From Antedon mediterranea (taxonomy: Eukaryota; Animalia; Echinodermata), in NCBI RefSeq assembly GCF_964355755.1, contig NC_092673.1, positions 13,984,948 to 14,048,947 on the forward strand: a DNA stretch of 64,000 nucleotides. Direction: 5' to 3'. Positions 24,186 through 38,339 of the stretch are shown piece after piece. The notes below the pieces were generated by a model, which was not told the origin of the DNA, did not search any database, and saw nothing but the letters and a program-made list of their open reading frames with translations. Within the stretch, counting starts at the first letter, position 1; the number at the start of each line of letters is the position of its first letter. Made by a program: the position numbers and the translations under genes.

Positions 24186-27100
24186 ATGCCTCGTTGTGTT
24201 GCTGCAAATTGCAGTAATAATCACTTCGATTCTGTAAGTTTTCATAAATTTCCAAAGGATGCGGAGATTCGTAAACTTTGGACTGCCGCCGTTTCCCGCA
24301 CAAGACTTAATTTTACCCCGTCGGACTACTCTGTACTGTGCAGCAGTCACTTTACTGAAGAGGATTTCGTGGTTCGCTTCAGCCTCTCAGTTGAATTGGG
24401 TGTTTCTGGGAAACACAGTAGAACATTAAAAAAGGGAGCCGTACCCTCAAAATTTCCAAAGCCTGCCACACCTGGAAATTTACCGCAAAATCCAGCCAAG
24501 AAGAGGAGATCCGGGGTATACGAGAAGAGAAAACGAGCACGGGTGAGTTGAGTTAATGAATTGAACAATGAATGAATTTATCCTGTATAATAATATTATC
24601 GTACCGGCGTAGCCCTCTCCCTCCTACTAGGCATAGCTAGGCCTAGGAGACCTAGGCCCTAGCATATAGGCCCTGCCTAAGTATTATTATATATAGCCTA
24701 GTACCGTACCACCATACATGCCCTGCCTGGGTAGTGGGTAAGGCTTTTAATAATTACCTATATACCTAGACCTAGCTAGGCGGCAAAAATGGAATCGTTT
24801 TGATGACAGCCAACTATGATACAGGGCTGAACACAGAACAGAGGTGATCATATAAAGTAATACTGTAATTGTTGATAAAATTTAATATGTGAATTTTATT
24901 CATCAAAGCAATTTTTTGTTAGGTTGTAAAAGACATCTTAGTAGCATCTTCTTCTACTGCAACTAAACAATGTGTCGATGTCAATAATAGATATGAGTGA
25001 TGAAATGACTGAAACAACAAGCGTTGCAGTTCAAACTGATGCCTATGACGAGTACTGTGGTTGCTGTATTGAGAAAGTCAGGAAGACGATGGAGTGTTCT
25101 TCATTCCAGTTTGTCCCTAAAATGGCAGACAAAGGTATTTTCTTTTTTAACTAATCATTATTAATACTAACTTTAACATGTTGTTCTCTCTTTTTCTCCT
25201 TTCAAACTACATGGATGCAGACTACGTTTATCATAGATTAGTAAATCTGCATTCAACTACGGGCACAAGCCATGTACACGGTACATTTAGCATTCAACTA
25301 CGGGCACAAGCCATGTACACGGTACATTTACCTGCTAATCATAAAGCAATAACAATGAACTAATAATGTGTCCATAGCAAATACCAATAGCGACCCACCA
25401 ATGTACATATAATATGTATCCAAAACCATTTTCTGTAAAATAACATGGATTTATTTTTATTTATTATTATTCTTATCAAAAACAGGTATGCAAATATTTT
25501 CTGAAGAAGAACACCCACACCCGAGTCAATCCACAGCACCGCAAATGTGTGAAGGAGCCACTAAGGACGACACTGAAGATGACATAGATGATGATACAGA
25601 AGATAGTGATATCGAGGAGGAACAACAATGTTAAATAATCGACAAGCCTCATGTTGCGAAATGAACTTGCATCTTCTCTTGCATCAATAATGTCTGTTGC
25701 GTCAACTAGTATGGCCAACCAAGAATACCAAACCAAGCCCAGGATAAAATTTTCATATGGCTGCCCGTTCATCGAAAACTACTGGATAGAAACAAATAAC
25801 ATCATCAAGAAGAACAGAAACAGTTGTAATTGGTAATATTTTTTCATAATTTGTATTGAGACCTTAAATGTATAATGAAAAGATGAAAATGTATACATTT
25901 TATTGTGTAAACACGTCAAGGAATAATATTAAAACTAGGCTTATATTGCCTTATTTTGAATAATAATGAAGTATTTATGTGACTGTCCATACAGGAAATG
26001 GCAGAAACGACTCACCAGGTCACAGTTCCCAATACCTGACCTACACCTTAATGGATCATGATTCTCAAGATATTCTAGCACAACATATTGTTGAAAAAAG
26101 AAAAGCAGACTTGAAGAGCCCAAACATGGAATTGCTGGGATTAATAAGGTGTCTGTCATCATTGCATGATAAAAATGTCTGTGAACTTGTTACAGATGCT
26201 CACATCCAGATAGCTGCGTTTATGCGTCAATTTTTAATTATACGATACAATACAAGGAAAGTTTATTACACTCTCAAATCAAACATTTGAAATTGAAGTT
26301 TAACAAAAATAATTATGAAAATATATAAACATTGTAGTATAAAAATATAGTTTAAAAAATATGCCATTGTTTTAATTGAAGGTTTAATAACACTACAAAT
26401 CTAATGTCTATAATTTGTATTATAGGATGACATTATAATACGAATGAAAAGACCATTAAACACCAGTTTGATGTCTGGCATGGGAGCAAGAATTTGGTAA
26501 AGAAGTTGTCTGAGGTATGTTGCATTGTCAATTTTATATACTGTATTGGTTTTTACATTATAACAGACGAATTAAATAATAAGCATCTCAAATCACTGGA
26601 ATTCTGAATTGTCCAATAACTTTGAGCGCCATTCCTAGTTTGCTTGTTTATTTGAATTGTGAAGAATGTACAACCTGCAGTCTTGTTAGGGGGTCAAGTT
26701 TAAAGTATCATACTAATTTGACCTCCTTTCACACTTCTTTGTTTTTTTAAAGTACAAGTATCTCTATATATTTTATTAGTTTGATTACCTTATTGTTTAT
26801 TACTATGATACCTGTTATCATTGTTTCACATAACTTTGTATTACAAAATAATTACCAATTAATATAAAAACAAAATAAAAACAAAATAAAAACACATGCC
26901 AAAAAAAAAAAATATTTTATACATATGATCTCATACAAGGTTTTATTTTAGGTACAGTTTCAAAGCAAGAAATCGTTTAGCTGCCTTAGATTTCCAAATG
27001 CACAAAGACAGATTACAGTGAGATGCAGATGGAAACCCATTGTAAGAATATTTATTTTTCTTTATTCTAGGAAGTTTGAACACAACAAATGCATGAAATA

Positions 27101-27710
27101 TGTAATACAACAAATACACAAGAAAATACAATTACAATACAATGTGGATAATAAACAAAACAAAAGTTCTTTTTAAATCCAAAAGCTGAACATTATCATA
27201 AAGTTTTTCATTTTCAACGTCCTGGGAGGATACTTGATGGTATGCATACATCAAAGGCTGAAGCATTAATTATGGTGATGAGCTTTGCTATGAGACACTG
27301 CCTTTCGTTAGTTGCATTAGTTGACTTGCTAAAACTCATCAATGAAATATTTGGACGAAATGTTTTGCCGTCTTCAAAGCATCTTTTTAACAAGATTTTT
27401 AATCAACCAATACTGTATTAATACATTGACTATCAGATATGAAATATTAATTTTCTTTGTCAGATGGCACAAGTACTACAACAAAAAATCATTATTCAGT
27501 TGGTCTGCAGAGAAGGTCTTGGTTGAAAAGGATATTGCATATATACAAGAAATACAGGAACAAGTCATAGAGCCCAGACATCAAGACAATGACAGTATGT
27601 ACAGAAAAATGGAAAGGGAATCTGACGATCCATGAGGCAGACAATTGCCAAAATACTACCACCAACTACGACAGATTTGGTGAAGAAACATAAATCTAGA
27701 TTTGATAAGC
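24186..27710 (+). pseudogene. Spliced THAP + Kolobok-type DDE transposase gene (inactive)
   Basis: Intact THAP exon 24186-24542 (MPRCVAANCSN...FHKFP...W...LCSSHF...AVPSKF). Later exons: VVI|GNGRNDSPGHSSQYLTYTLMD...SPNMELLG...VTDAHIQI (~25994-26225), HQFDVWHGSKNL (26426-26514), ARNRLAALDF (26952-27041), ...LVKKHKSRF. The first catalytic D is changed to N; deletions and stops present. Confidence 0.85.
25249..25330 (+). repeat. 41-bp tandem duplication
   Basis: GCATTCAACTACGGGCACAAGCCATGTACACGGTACATTTA x2. Confidence 0.9.
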
Positions 27711-28781
27711 GACTAGTCCATTGTTGGAACTACTACTCTACTCTAGGCCTACATATTTTAGTTAGTATAGGTTAACGATTTTTTTAATCAGTAAGTTAGC
27801 TGATAGTGACAGTAAAATATGAGCTCCCTCTCCCTAAACTATAGGAATGTATTCTTCACCTTGAGACGCCTTTAGCTATTGTGATTGTAACTTTTTAACA
27901 AGACCTTGACAAATTTTGTTGACTAATTGTTGTTGAAAACACCAATGGTAAGAACAACAACTCTAAAAGGTTGGGGATTTGATTTCCTTGGGTTTGAAGA
28001 AAGAGATGGTATTGTGAAAGAAAGAAATGGCGATGGGCCATCGGAACTTAAAAATTCATGGCAGTTTTAAAGATGGCTCCAATCATAGAGATAATGCAAT
28101 GAACTTTTGTGTCCTTTAAAAAATTAATATACATTTCAAAAGTTGTTAAATCATGCATTTAAACCAACCAAATCAGTTTTTAATACCAAATTTAAATTTG
28201 TTCTTTTAATTGCAAAACCCCAACAAAAAGAGTAAAGTAATAATCTTCAGCCAAAATCAACAGTAACAGATGAGCAAATCTTGGAAAATGTCTACTTTCT
28301 GATGTATTGGCAACAATAAAAAGAAATCCCTTGTTTGCGGTCTCTCAGAATGAGAAAGAGCTGAGTGACTTTATTGAACGTGTAAACAACTGAGGAAATT
28401 AATGCAAGTTTAAGCAAGTTTTAAATAGACCTCTGTACTAAAATTATCAAGGTAATTGAAGAAATTGAAAAAATTGGCACACAGTCGAGTGATGTTTTGG
28501 GATTAGAAATTCACAAACTGAATTATGATAACTTAAAGCTGTCATGGAAATTGATTCTTCAGCAAGAGTGTTCGCTGAAGAATGTGTTGATAACGGAATG
28601 GCCGCCATTTACCATTTTGAAGCCTTGTATATTATCTCCTTAACGGTTTTTAGACCACCTACTGTAAGTGCATTACGATTAGTTATAAATGTGTAGGATA
28701 TTTATTATTTTTTCCAACAGGTCATTCATGAACATTTAATGAGGATACACTATTTGTATCGTAACTCACCAAAAAGACTAA

Positions 28782-29173
28782 AGGCTGGCATACACAGTCA
28801 TACATTTGTCTGTCATACACATCATACAATGTATGATCAGACAAAGTCTGATCGTATATGCCTAAATCAGACTTTGTCTGATTGCCATTTTATGTGTCTG
28901 TCAGTGTCTGATGAGAGTACTACTCATAATACATGTACAGTATTATGAATGTCTGAAGACAATTTGCTCTATTGACCAATCAGAGAACAGAGATTTTGAC
29001 AGAATAATTTTTTTTTTTTTTGCAAGATGGTTGAGCGCGAGGATTTTGATATCAACAAAACAAACTCTTTGAAGAGAACCCATGTTTATGGGATGTCAAA
29101 TCCCATGAATATCATAAGAAGACTCTTAAGACAGCAACCTACAGTAACATTGTTGAACGGTTGGAATCAGAAG
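28782..29173 (+). mobile_element. PIF/Harbinger 5' end with MADF (Myb/SANT-like) exon
   Basis: TAA|AGGCTGGCATACAC terminus with subterminal TCAGAC/GTCTGA repeats. 29068-29173 reads FEENPCLWDVKSHEYHKKTLKTATYSNIVERL|gt, a typical MADF domain frameshifted from ATG 29027. Confidence 0.7.
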
Positions 29174-29985
29174 GTATGTTTAAAGCTAGGCCTATACTAT
29201 ACTATAGCCTAGACTTGTTTGTAGGCACTAGGCCTAGGCTAGAACTAAATTTTAAAGCCTGTCAGAAGTGCTTCAGTTCACTTAAAAGCAAATGAAACCG
29301 AAAACTAGGGCAGGCCCACCAGGGCCGTCTAGGCCTTGTAGTAGTACGCTGAGCAAGGCCTACTTAGGTTAGGCCTAGGAAGGAGGCCTCCTACTCCAGT
29401 GTCTAGAAGGCCCAGTTTGCTAGGTGGGTAGGGCTTACAACTAGCCTAGGCCTAGGCAGGCCTATAATAGGCTATAATTTAAATATCATGTCATCCATAA
29501 ATCATCATAATACTGTTTAATTATAATACTGTTTGGCCTAGCTAGTCCTCCACTAGTTAAATGTAGAGAAGGCCTACTAGTAGTAGTCTAGTAGTAGGCC
29601 AAGACTACGGTAGCTTAGTGCGTACAGTAGACTATAGAAGTAAAAAAACACATTTAACAAAACAAATTATTATTACTATTTGTATAGGCATGTGTCTATA
29701 CTAGGCAAGATCTTTATTTTTGTTCTGTTTATGAATATTTATACTTTAGTATTATTAAAACAAACTAGTACTGTATTACTAAATGCAATTCATATTTAAC
29801 AATAGGGTCATTCCATGCCAACTCAACAAATTTTCTGAAAATCATGGCTGGGTACCCCCTCAGATTTCCTTAAAAACTTACATATAATATGCAACTATAT
29901 GTCTCACGAACACACCAACAATTTCAGTTGCCAACTCCAAGTCGTTTAAAAGTTATGGCCATTTGAAAATGTGTCGTCTGTAGAA

Positions 29986-31645
29986 CACATTCAATTCACC
30001 AGGAAAAAAAAGTAGTGAGCCCTCTATCGGCCGCGAATCGTTTTTGCACACGAGACAGTGTGAACAATTACCCGGAAGCAACTTTATTTTAAAAAATAAA
30101 TATTAAGTTTTTGCAAACTGGCCAATTGGAACTTTTGGTTTTATTTACTAATGAATAATTCATGAAAACCTTTGACACAGCATCTACGAACCACGTGATA
30201 TTGTTTTTTTATCGACAAAGCCATTATATCTGTGTCAAACAAGGGTGAATTACACCGATGTTTTTTAAACAATTTTAGGGTATTCGAATGTTAAAATTTC
30301 GTCTAATTTGTTGAGGCTGTAATAAAACAACCTAATTTTTTGAGATGGTGGGTTTTATATTTTCTGGATATTTAATTTTTTAATAGTAGTTAATAAAAAA
30401 ATCTCGTTGGTGTTATTTTTTATTTTTTTTTAATGGCTGCTTAAACATGTGCCTTTTTGGTTATTTTACTGCTGAAAATGGAACACATGGTTGTAGCTAA
30501 AATCATTTTTTTACACCATAAGATTAAAAATGTTGCTTTTTAAAATAATAAGAACGTTATATAATATATAGGAAAGATGTTTTTAATCATAAAACTTTAC
30601 AAAGCCTCTTTTATTTTATTTAAAAATCAATATAGTCTAGGCCTAGTTTACTAGGCTTTAGCCTGTTATTATAGTGGAGTAGTGCGTGTATTGTTGGCGC
30701 GTGTTCATTGTCGGGCGCGCGTATTTATAGGCCTAGGCCTAAGGAAATAAAAATAAATGATTACAAATATAACTAAATAATGATTATTATTAATTTAATG
30801 TTGTTTTTTTTTTTTACAGATCACAGAGGGATGTTCTTATGGTGTCTGTATACTTCAATACAATAGAAATAGCATTAATCAACAACAATTTCTCATTAAT
30901 TTACCGGCATATGTGAAACAACACATACTGTACAGTAATTTTATGGATATCTACAGATTTTTATTGCCAAAGGACATTTAATTTTTAAAAACTTGATATT
31001 TTCCTAATTTAATTATATAAAGGTTCAAGCGGAGGTTGGTTGTTGTGCGGTAATTGTTATAAAGTTTAAATGTGATTTCCAAATCGGCAATAAATAATCA
31101 TTATAAATATAAATAGAAAAAGGCCTAGGCCTAGTACAAAAAAATGTTAATTTGATGCACAAAACTTGTTGTCTAATTTGTGATAATATTAAAGGTTTTA
31201 TGTTAAATGGTGTGTATTTCATTTATTGTTCCATTATTTTAATAAAAAGAAGGGAATCGTGAAATGTCATTAATTATTTAGCCCCAAGAATGTATTGATT
31301 TTATAGTATTTTACCAATTTAAACAGTCCAGGCCTAGCTTGCAGATAGTCCCCCCACCCACTTCTTAATAATTTTAAGAAAAATGAAAGTTCAACACTTT
31401 ATTTCAAAATTTATAAGCCCTTTGTTCTCATATTTTAAGATTATGAATCAGCCACTTAACAAGAATAACAATCGAGGGGCTAATGATGAAGCGCATCTTC
31501 CCTCATTCTCTTCGCCTAAGAAAACGATTATTCCAGCCCTGCCGCGTCTCCCTAGGCCTACGCGCACCGTGCTTTCGCTTAAAACAGACCTATATTCAAC
31601 TCCTTATAGAATTTGTTTGAAAAATAACACCAAGCTTATTTTTAA
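29986..31645 (+). mobile_element. 3'-truncated non-autonomous CAC-ended (Chapaev-like) element related to 33671-35851
   Basis: Starts CACATTCA and shares AAAAAGTAGTGAGCCCTCTA and ATGAATAATTCATGA with the 33671 element. Confidence 0.6.
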
Positions 31646-31650
31646 GCACA

Positions 31651-33655
31651 TCTTCACTTGGCTGCTCACCATTAAAATCGGTTAGAAAACGAGACAGGAA
31701 AGAGTATGGTAAACGAAAGTTTCAAGACTTGAAATCTGCAACAAAAAATAAAGTTTCAAAACTACTTAGTATACCTTGTGATGATCTAAGTTCCGATGAA
31801 TTTGTCTGCAATAAATGTGAAGATTTGGATAAATTTATTGCACTTCTAAAAGAGAAATGTGAGACGTCAACAAGAAAAGAAAAAATGAAACTCCTCACCC
31901 TTTGTCCAACAAGTTGGTCTATAAAAAAAACAGCTGAGGAATTTCAGGTAACTCAACATTTAGTAAGAAAGTCAAGGGAGTTGAAAAAAACAAATGGTAT
32001 TCTAGCAGAGCCTGATATGAAAAAGGGTAGATCACTGGGAGTGCAATTGATAGAGCGGGTAAAAGCATTTTATGAAAGCGATGAATTTTCTGGAATATGT
32101 CCAGGCAAAAAAGAATATGTTTCAATAAGGCAGGGAAACCAAAAGGAACACGTTCAAAAACGACTTCTCTTGGTAAACTTAAAAGAGCTTCATCTTGAAT
32201 ACCTTAAGCAAACAGGTGACAAAATTGGATTCTCCAAATTTTGTGAGTTGCGGCCAAGACAGTGTGTTACAGTAAACAGTAAAGGCATGCACTGTGTGTG
32301 TGTGTGTCAACAGCACCAAAATGTCAAACTACTGGTATCTGCAATTCCTACAGAAGACAATTACAAGGATTTGTTACAAAAATTAGTCTGTAATGTAGAG
32401 ACGCGTGACTGCATGATGCTCTCCTGTAATTCCTGTCCTGGTAAAGTAGCACTGATGGAATTTTTGACAGAAAAATTTTCAGAGAATTTAATAGATATGG
32501 ATGACAACATTAATTACAAGCAATGGATGCATACTGATCGAACAACAATTGTTTCCCTTCAAGCACCACTTCAGGAATTTCTTGAAATGGTTTGCAATTC
32601 ATTTGACAAGCTTCGGCAACATCACTTTGTTGCAAAATCTCAAGTTGCCTATCTGAGGTCACTTAAAGAAAATATTCAGAATGATACAGCAATTGTGCTT
32701 CTGGACTTTGCAGAAAATTACAGCTTTCTGATACAAGACGCTATTCAGGGATTTTATTGGGAAAACAGCCAAGCTACGCTTCACCCATTTGTCATCTATT
32801 ATAGAGAAGAGGGAGAACTTAAATGCCTTAGTACAAGTGTAATATCGGACTGTTTAAAACATGATACATCTGCAGTACATGCTTTTATATCTTCGATAAT
32901 TCCATATATAAAAGAGGTGTTACCGGAAAAAACTAGACTTATTTATTTTAGTGATGGTGCTGCCAGTCAGTACAAGAACTATAAGAACCTAAGCAATCTA
33001 TGCTGCCATAACAAGGACCATGCATTGCAAGCTGAATGGCACTTTTTTGCCACCAGTCACGGGAAACAGCAAAGCAAATGTATGAATGGTCAACTGAAAA
33101 TATAAAAACATTAAGTTTTTTTATGTTACAAAGGAACAGGTTGAAGAAAACATGACACACTATGACCTCGATAAACGCTACACACAATCAAAGACGGTTG
33201 TCGGTACTCGATCACATCATAGTTTTATACCAGTTTCTGAAGGAACCTTACAAATGCGGAGGCTATCCTCAGATGACATATATACCACAATTCATTTGCA
33301 TGAGTTTGAAGACAAATCTACAGGTCCTCAACAATCTAACATACCAATCAATCTACCGGATGAGTATCAACCTGGACAGTACATTGCATGTACTTATGAT
33401 AAAGAATGGTACATTGGAACAATACTTGAAAGATCAGAAGAAAATATGGACGTCTATGTAAAATTCATGAACATATCCAAGCGCACCAATGCTCTATCTT
33501 GGCCAGCAGATTCTCTACATAATCAGTGCTATATTCCAATTCAGGATATAATCTGCACAATAAATGCTCCAGAAATACATGGAACAAGTGGTCGTCAATA
33601 TAAATTGTCCTCTACTGATTATGCCAAAATTGTGGCACTTTTGCGAAATGTGTAA
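31651..33655 (+). pseudogene. Sola2 transposase
   Basis: 458-aa ORF: QKRLLL.NLKEL, IGFSKFCELRP, CVCxxHQN, DFAENY, QATLHP, YFSDGAASQYKN, WHFFATSHGK. A deletion after HGK removes CDGxGG. The C-terminal ORF 33152-33655 reads TVVGTRSHHSF...IACTYDKEWYIG. Confidence 0.85.
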
Positions 33656-33670
33656 ATACAATGTACAGTC

Positions 33671-35851
33671 CACATTCATTTAGACTAGACAAAAAGTAGT
33701 GAGCCCTCTAGCGGTCATTTGTGATTTCTGAGATTCATCGAAGCGCGACAACATCACCCGGAAATGATGTGAATTTAAAATTTTAATAGGGTTAAACTCT
33801 TTTAACCAATTGAAAGCCTTAAATTATAGTTCCTTATGAATAATTCATGAGAATAATTAAAGCAAGGGTTGAAGAAGCATGTGACTTGGTTTTTGGAACA
33901 GGATAGCAGTTATGATCGTGTCAGGTAATCATTGAATTTGCTCTTCTTTTTGTTAGATTTTATACGGTTTTTATCAATAATAATATTGTACATTTTTACG
34001 AAACCATAACAAAATTTTTCAATTTTTGAGTAAACGAGTGACTAAATAAAAAGTTACTATGTAATGTAAATATTCGTTTGACAAAAAATGGGCATGTTGA
34101 TATTTTCAGGTATTTTTTAAATGGCGATTGAAATAGGGCGATTGAAATAGGTAAACAAATCACATGTATAACGGTGGTTTGTGCGAAGCTGGGCCTAGCC
34201 TTGATGGTCCAACGCGTACTGCGTGTTAATCAATGCGTATAAGATACACACGTAGTCGTTTAGGCCAATTTTTTTACATGTTTATTTATTAATATTAGGC
34301 CCCATTCTTATTTATTTTAATTAATGTACTGAATGTACCACACTTTACAACTCTATATAAATTAGATTTTGTACTTGTATTAAATTCAAACGTTTTATGG
34401 GATTTAAAACATCAAGCTAGGCCTTATAGTAGGCCTAGGACCACATGCTAGGTTTTTCAGCCTAATTTATCATGCAGTAGGCCTATACCACCTCTAGCCC
34501 ATCTTTCAAATACATATTTAAATTAACATACTTTTTATATTTCTATATTTTTTATAGGATCTGACTCCAGAAAACATTTGCATCACTTGAAAGCGGCTAT
34601 TTATGGACAGCATGTTGACATTAAAAAAAATTTGACCAGCTCTTATTAATTAAATGTCTTTTAAATTAAAGGTTTTCATTATAATGAAATGTACGGTGAC
34701 AGAAATTTAAATGATTCTCATAATTGAGGTTTCTCAGTCATATATTTAATATTGAAGGTAAATAAATAAAGCTGTTTGTTATTCTTGCCTTTAGAAATAA
34801 ACATGTTGTTAGTACTATATTATTAGGCCTAGGCCATTATACAAATTAAAACTAAAAAAATACAGTAATCATATTTAAGGCCTACACAGCAGTATCTTAC
34901 TTGATTTGATTTTTTTCAAATATTTAATTGATGAAATAAATGAGTTTGACTTTCCAATTAGTTGCCATTTTATTAGTTTCTGTGTGTTTTTATTTATATT
35001 CTTAAAATAATTGTATACAACAACTTTAAAGTATTGCGCAGAAGTGATCAAATTATAGTAGGCCTATTTGTATGTTATTGTCGCTTAAAATTATGCAGTT
35101 AAAGCATTTGATTTTAGGGTGACAGAAACGGTTAGGCAACAAAAGAAATAAATTTGGGAATTTTGTTATGCGGTAAAAACAATTAAACATAATTTACCCC
35201 TAATGCATGTAAATGTAGAAAACATTGCTTATGTTAGCGCAACCGAAACTCGCTACTGGGAATAGAGCCTGCAAAAGCGACGCGTACACACCTACTCGGG
35301 CACCGGCGGAGCGCGATCAATAGTAAATATACCCGATTTCAAATGATCATAAAATTCTTTTAAAAAATATCAACATTTTGATTTTTTGAGGATTAAAAGT
35401 AAAGATATTGAAATTTAACATAATATTTACAAATATGTATTTAAAAATTCGGAAACAATTTTAGCGTGATATTAAAACAAAGTTTTTAGAGTTCCGCGAT
35501 TTCCTACGCAGGATTTGTTTGTTTTCATTGTTAATGGGCGAATGTTACCTAAACTAGAATCGTTATAAATCTTTTAAATTTGTATTATAAGTAATTTCTT
35601 TAGTATTCTTAGTAACATCGAATGTCTCTAATTAACTAGCAGATATTTATACTAACTATTGTTCAATAATAAGCGTGTATGAAGTGAAAATCTATAGTAA
35701 TAATGTTCTTAGTCAGTTCGTCTCGCTCGCGTGAAGTCTTCGGGTTTCTCAATACAATTCTCAGCGGTAAAGATAGGCTCGCGCTAATGTTTAAATCAAA
35801 AGCGCTCTCAAAACACTTTTTGTCCAAAATTCGCAATATGACGTGAGTGTG
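33671..35851 (+). mobile_element. Non-autonomous Chapaev-like (CMC) element, copy 1
   Basis: CACATTCA...TGAGTGTG ends; 4-bp TSD AGTC at 33667-33670 and 35852-35855; no ORF. Confidence 0.85.
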
Positions 35852-36176
35852 AGTCTAATAAATACTTCAATAAATAATGTACCTCCTGCATTTGATTCAT
35901 TCTTTTGGTTTACTGTATTATCTTAAAAACTAAACATTGTATCATTTTGGAGAAGCTAGCTACTGTGTTTCAGTATACATGCGAAGAGAGAGAGATACAT
36001 TACTTGATAATGATCAAATCTGTGCACATTTTGAGCACTTGTATCTTTAAAACTATTGATTTTGTTAATTTAATGATTGCAAAAATGGATCCAGGATCAA
36101 AAGTTTTGCTAGGATAACAAGTTGTGATGTTCTAGGGGTTTTAGTATAAAACTTATGTTCATTTAAATATCGCGAT

Positions 36177-38339
36177 CACACTCACGTCATATTGCGAATT
36201 TTGGACAAAAAGTGTTTTGAGAGCGCTTTTGATTTAAACATTAGCGCGAGCCTATCTTTACCGCTGAGAATTGTATTGAGAAACCCGAAGACTTCACGCG
36301 AGCGAGACGAACTGACTAAGAACATTATTGCTATAGATTTTCACTTCATACACGCTTATTATTGAACAATAGTTAGTATAAATATCTGCTAGTTAATTAG
36401 AGACATTCGATGTTACTAAGAATACTAAAGAAATTACTTATAATACAAATTTAAAAGATTTATAACGATTCTAGTTTAGGTAACATTCGCCCATTAACAA
36501 TGAAAACAAACAAATCCTGCGTAGGAAATCGCGGAACTCTAAAAACTTTGTTTTAATATCACGCTAAAATTGTTTCCGAATTTTTAAATACATATTTGTA
36601 AATATTATGTTAAATTTCAATATCTTTACTTTTAATCCTCAAAAAATCAAAATGTTGATATTTTTTAAAAGAATTTTATGATCATTTGAAATCGGGTATA
36701 TTTACTATCGATCGCGCTCCGCCGGTGCCCGAGTAGGTGTGTACGCGTCGCTTTTGCAGGCTCTATTCCCAGTAGCGAGTTTCGGTCGCGCTAACATAAG
36801 CAATGTTTTCTACATTTACATGCATTAGGGGTACATTATGTTTAATTGTTTTTACCGCATAACAAAATTCCCAAATTTATTTCTTTTCTTGCCTAACCGT
36901 TTCTGTCACCCTAAAATCAAATGCTTTAACTGCATAATTTTAAGCGACAATAACATACAAATAGGCCTACTATAATTTGATCACTTCTGCGCAATACTTT
37001 AAAGTTGTTGTATACAATTATTTTAAGAATATAAATAAAAACACACAGAAACTAATAAAATGGCAACTAATTGAAAAGTCAAACTCATTTATTTCATCAA
37101 TTAAATATTTGAAAAAAATCAAATCAAGTAAGATACTGCTGTGTAGGCCTTAAATATGATTACTGTATTTTTTTAGTTTTAATTTGTATAATGGCCTAGG
37201 CCTAATAATATAGTACTAACAACATGTTTATTTCTAAAGGCAAGAATAACAAAAACCTTTATTTATTTATTTACCTTCAATATTAAATCTATGAGAAACC
37301 TCAATTATGAGAATCATTTAAATTTCTGTCACCGTACATTTCATTATAATGAAAACCTTTAATTTAAAAGACATTTAATTAATAAGAGCTGGTCAAATTT
37401 TTTTAATGTCAACATGCTGTCCATAAATAGCCGCTTTCAAGTGATGCAAATGTTTTCTGGAGTCAGATCCTATAAAAAATATAGAAATATAAAAAGTATG
37501 TTAATTTAAATATGTATTTGAAAGATGGGCTAGAGGTATAGGCCTACTGCATGATAAATTAGGCTGAAAAACCTAGCATGTGGTCCTAGGCCTACTACAA
37601 GGCCTAGCTTGATGTTTTAAATCCCATAAAACGTTTGAATTTAATACAAGTACAAAATCTAATTTATATAGAGTTGTAAAGTGTGGTACATTCAGTACAT
37701 TAATTAAAATAAATGAGAATGGGGCCTAATATTAATAAATAAACATGTAAAAAAATTGGCCTAAACGACTACGTGTGTATCTTATACGCATTGATTAACA
37801 CGCAGTACGCGTTGGACCATCAAGGCTAGGCCCAGCTTCGCACAAACCACCGTTATACATGTGATTTGTTTACCTATTTCAATCGCCATTTAAAAAATAC
37901 CTGAAAATATCAACATGCCCATTTTTTGTCAAACGAATATTTACATTACATAGTAACTTTTTATTTAGTCACTCGTTTACTCAAAAATTGAGGAATTTTT
38001 TTATGGTCTCGTAAAAATGTACAATATTATTATTGATAAAAACCGTATAAAATCTAACAAAAAGAAGAGCAAATTCAATGATTACCTGACACGATCATAA
38101 CTGCTATCCTGTTCCAAAAACCAAGTCACATGCTTCTTCAACCCTTGCTTTAATTATTCTCATGAATTATTCATAAGGAACTATAATTTAAGGCTTTCAA
38201 TTGGTTAAAAGAGTTTAACCCTATTAAAATTTTAAATTCACATCATTTCCGGGTGATGTTGTCGCGCTTCGATGAATCTCAGAAATCACAAATGACCGCT
38301 AGAGGGCTCACTACTTTTTGTCTAGTCTAAATGAATGTG
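36177..38339 (-). mobile_element. Non-autonomous Chapaev-like (CMC) element, copy 2 (inverted)
   Basis: Near-identical reverse complement of 33671-35851; 4-bp TSD CGAT at 36173-36176 and 38340-38343. Confidence 0.85.

Larger units (their letters stand above)
29805..33655 (+). mobile_element. Sola2 DNA transposon (disrupted)
   Basis: Left end GGGTCATTCCATGCCAACTCAAC at 29805, transposase relic at 31651-33655, interrupted by a CAC-ended insertion. The matching right TIR was not found. Confidence 0.6.

Noticed and set aside
33671-38339. A single foldback or long-TIR element, or an assembly artefact
   Set aside because: Each arm has its own distinct TSD and the arms differ by indels.
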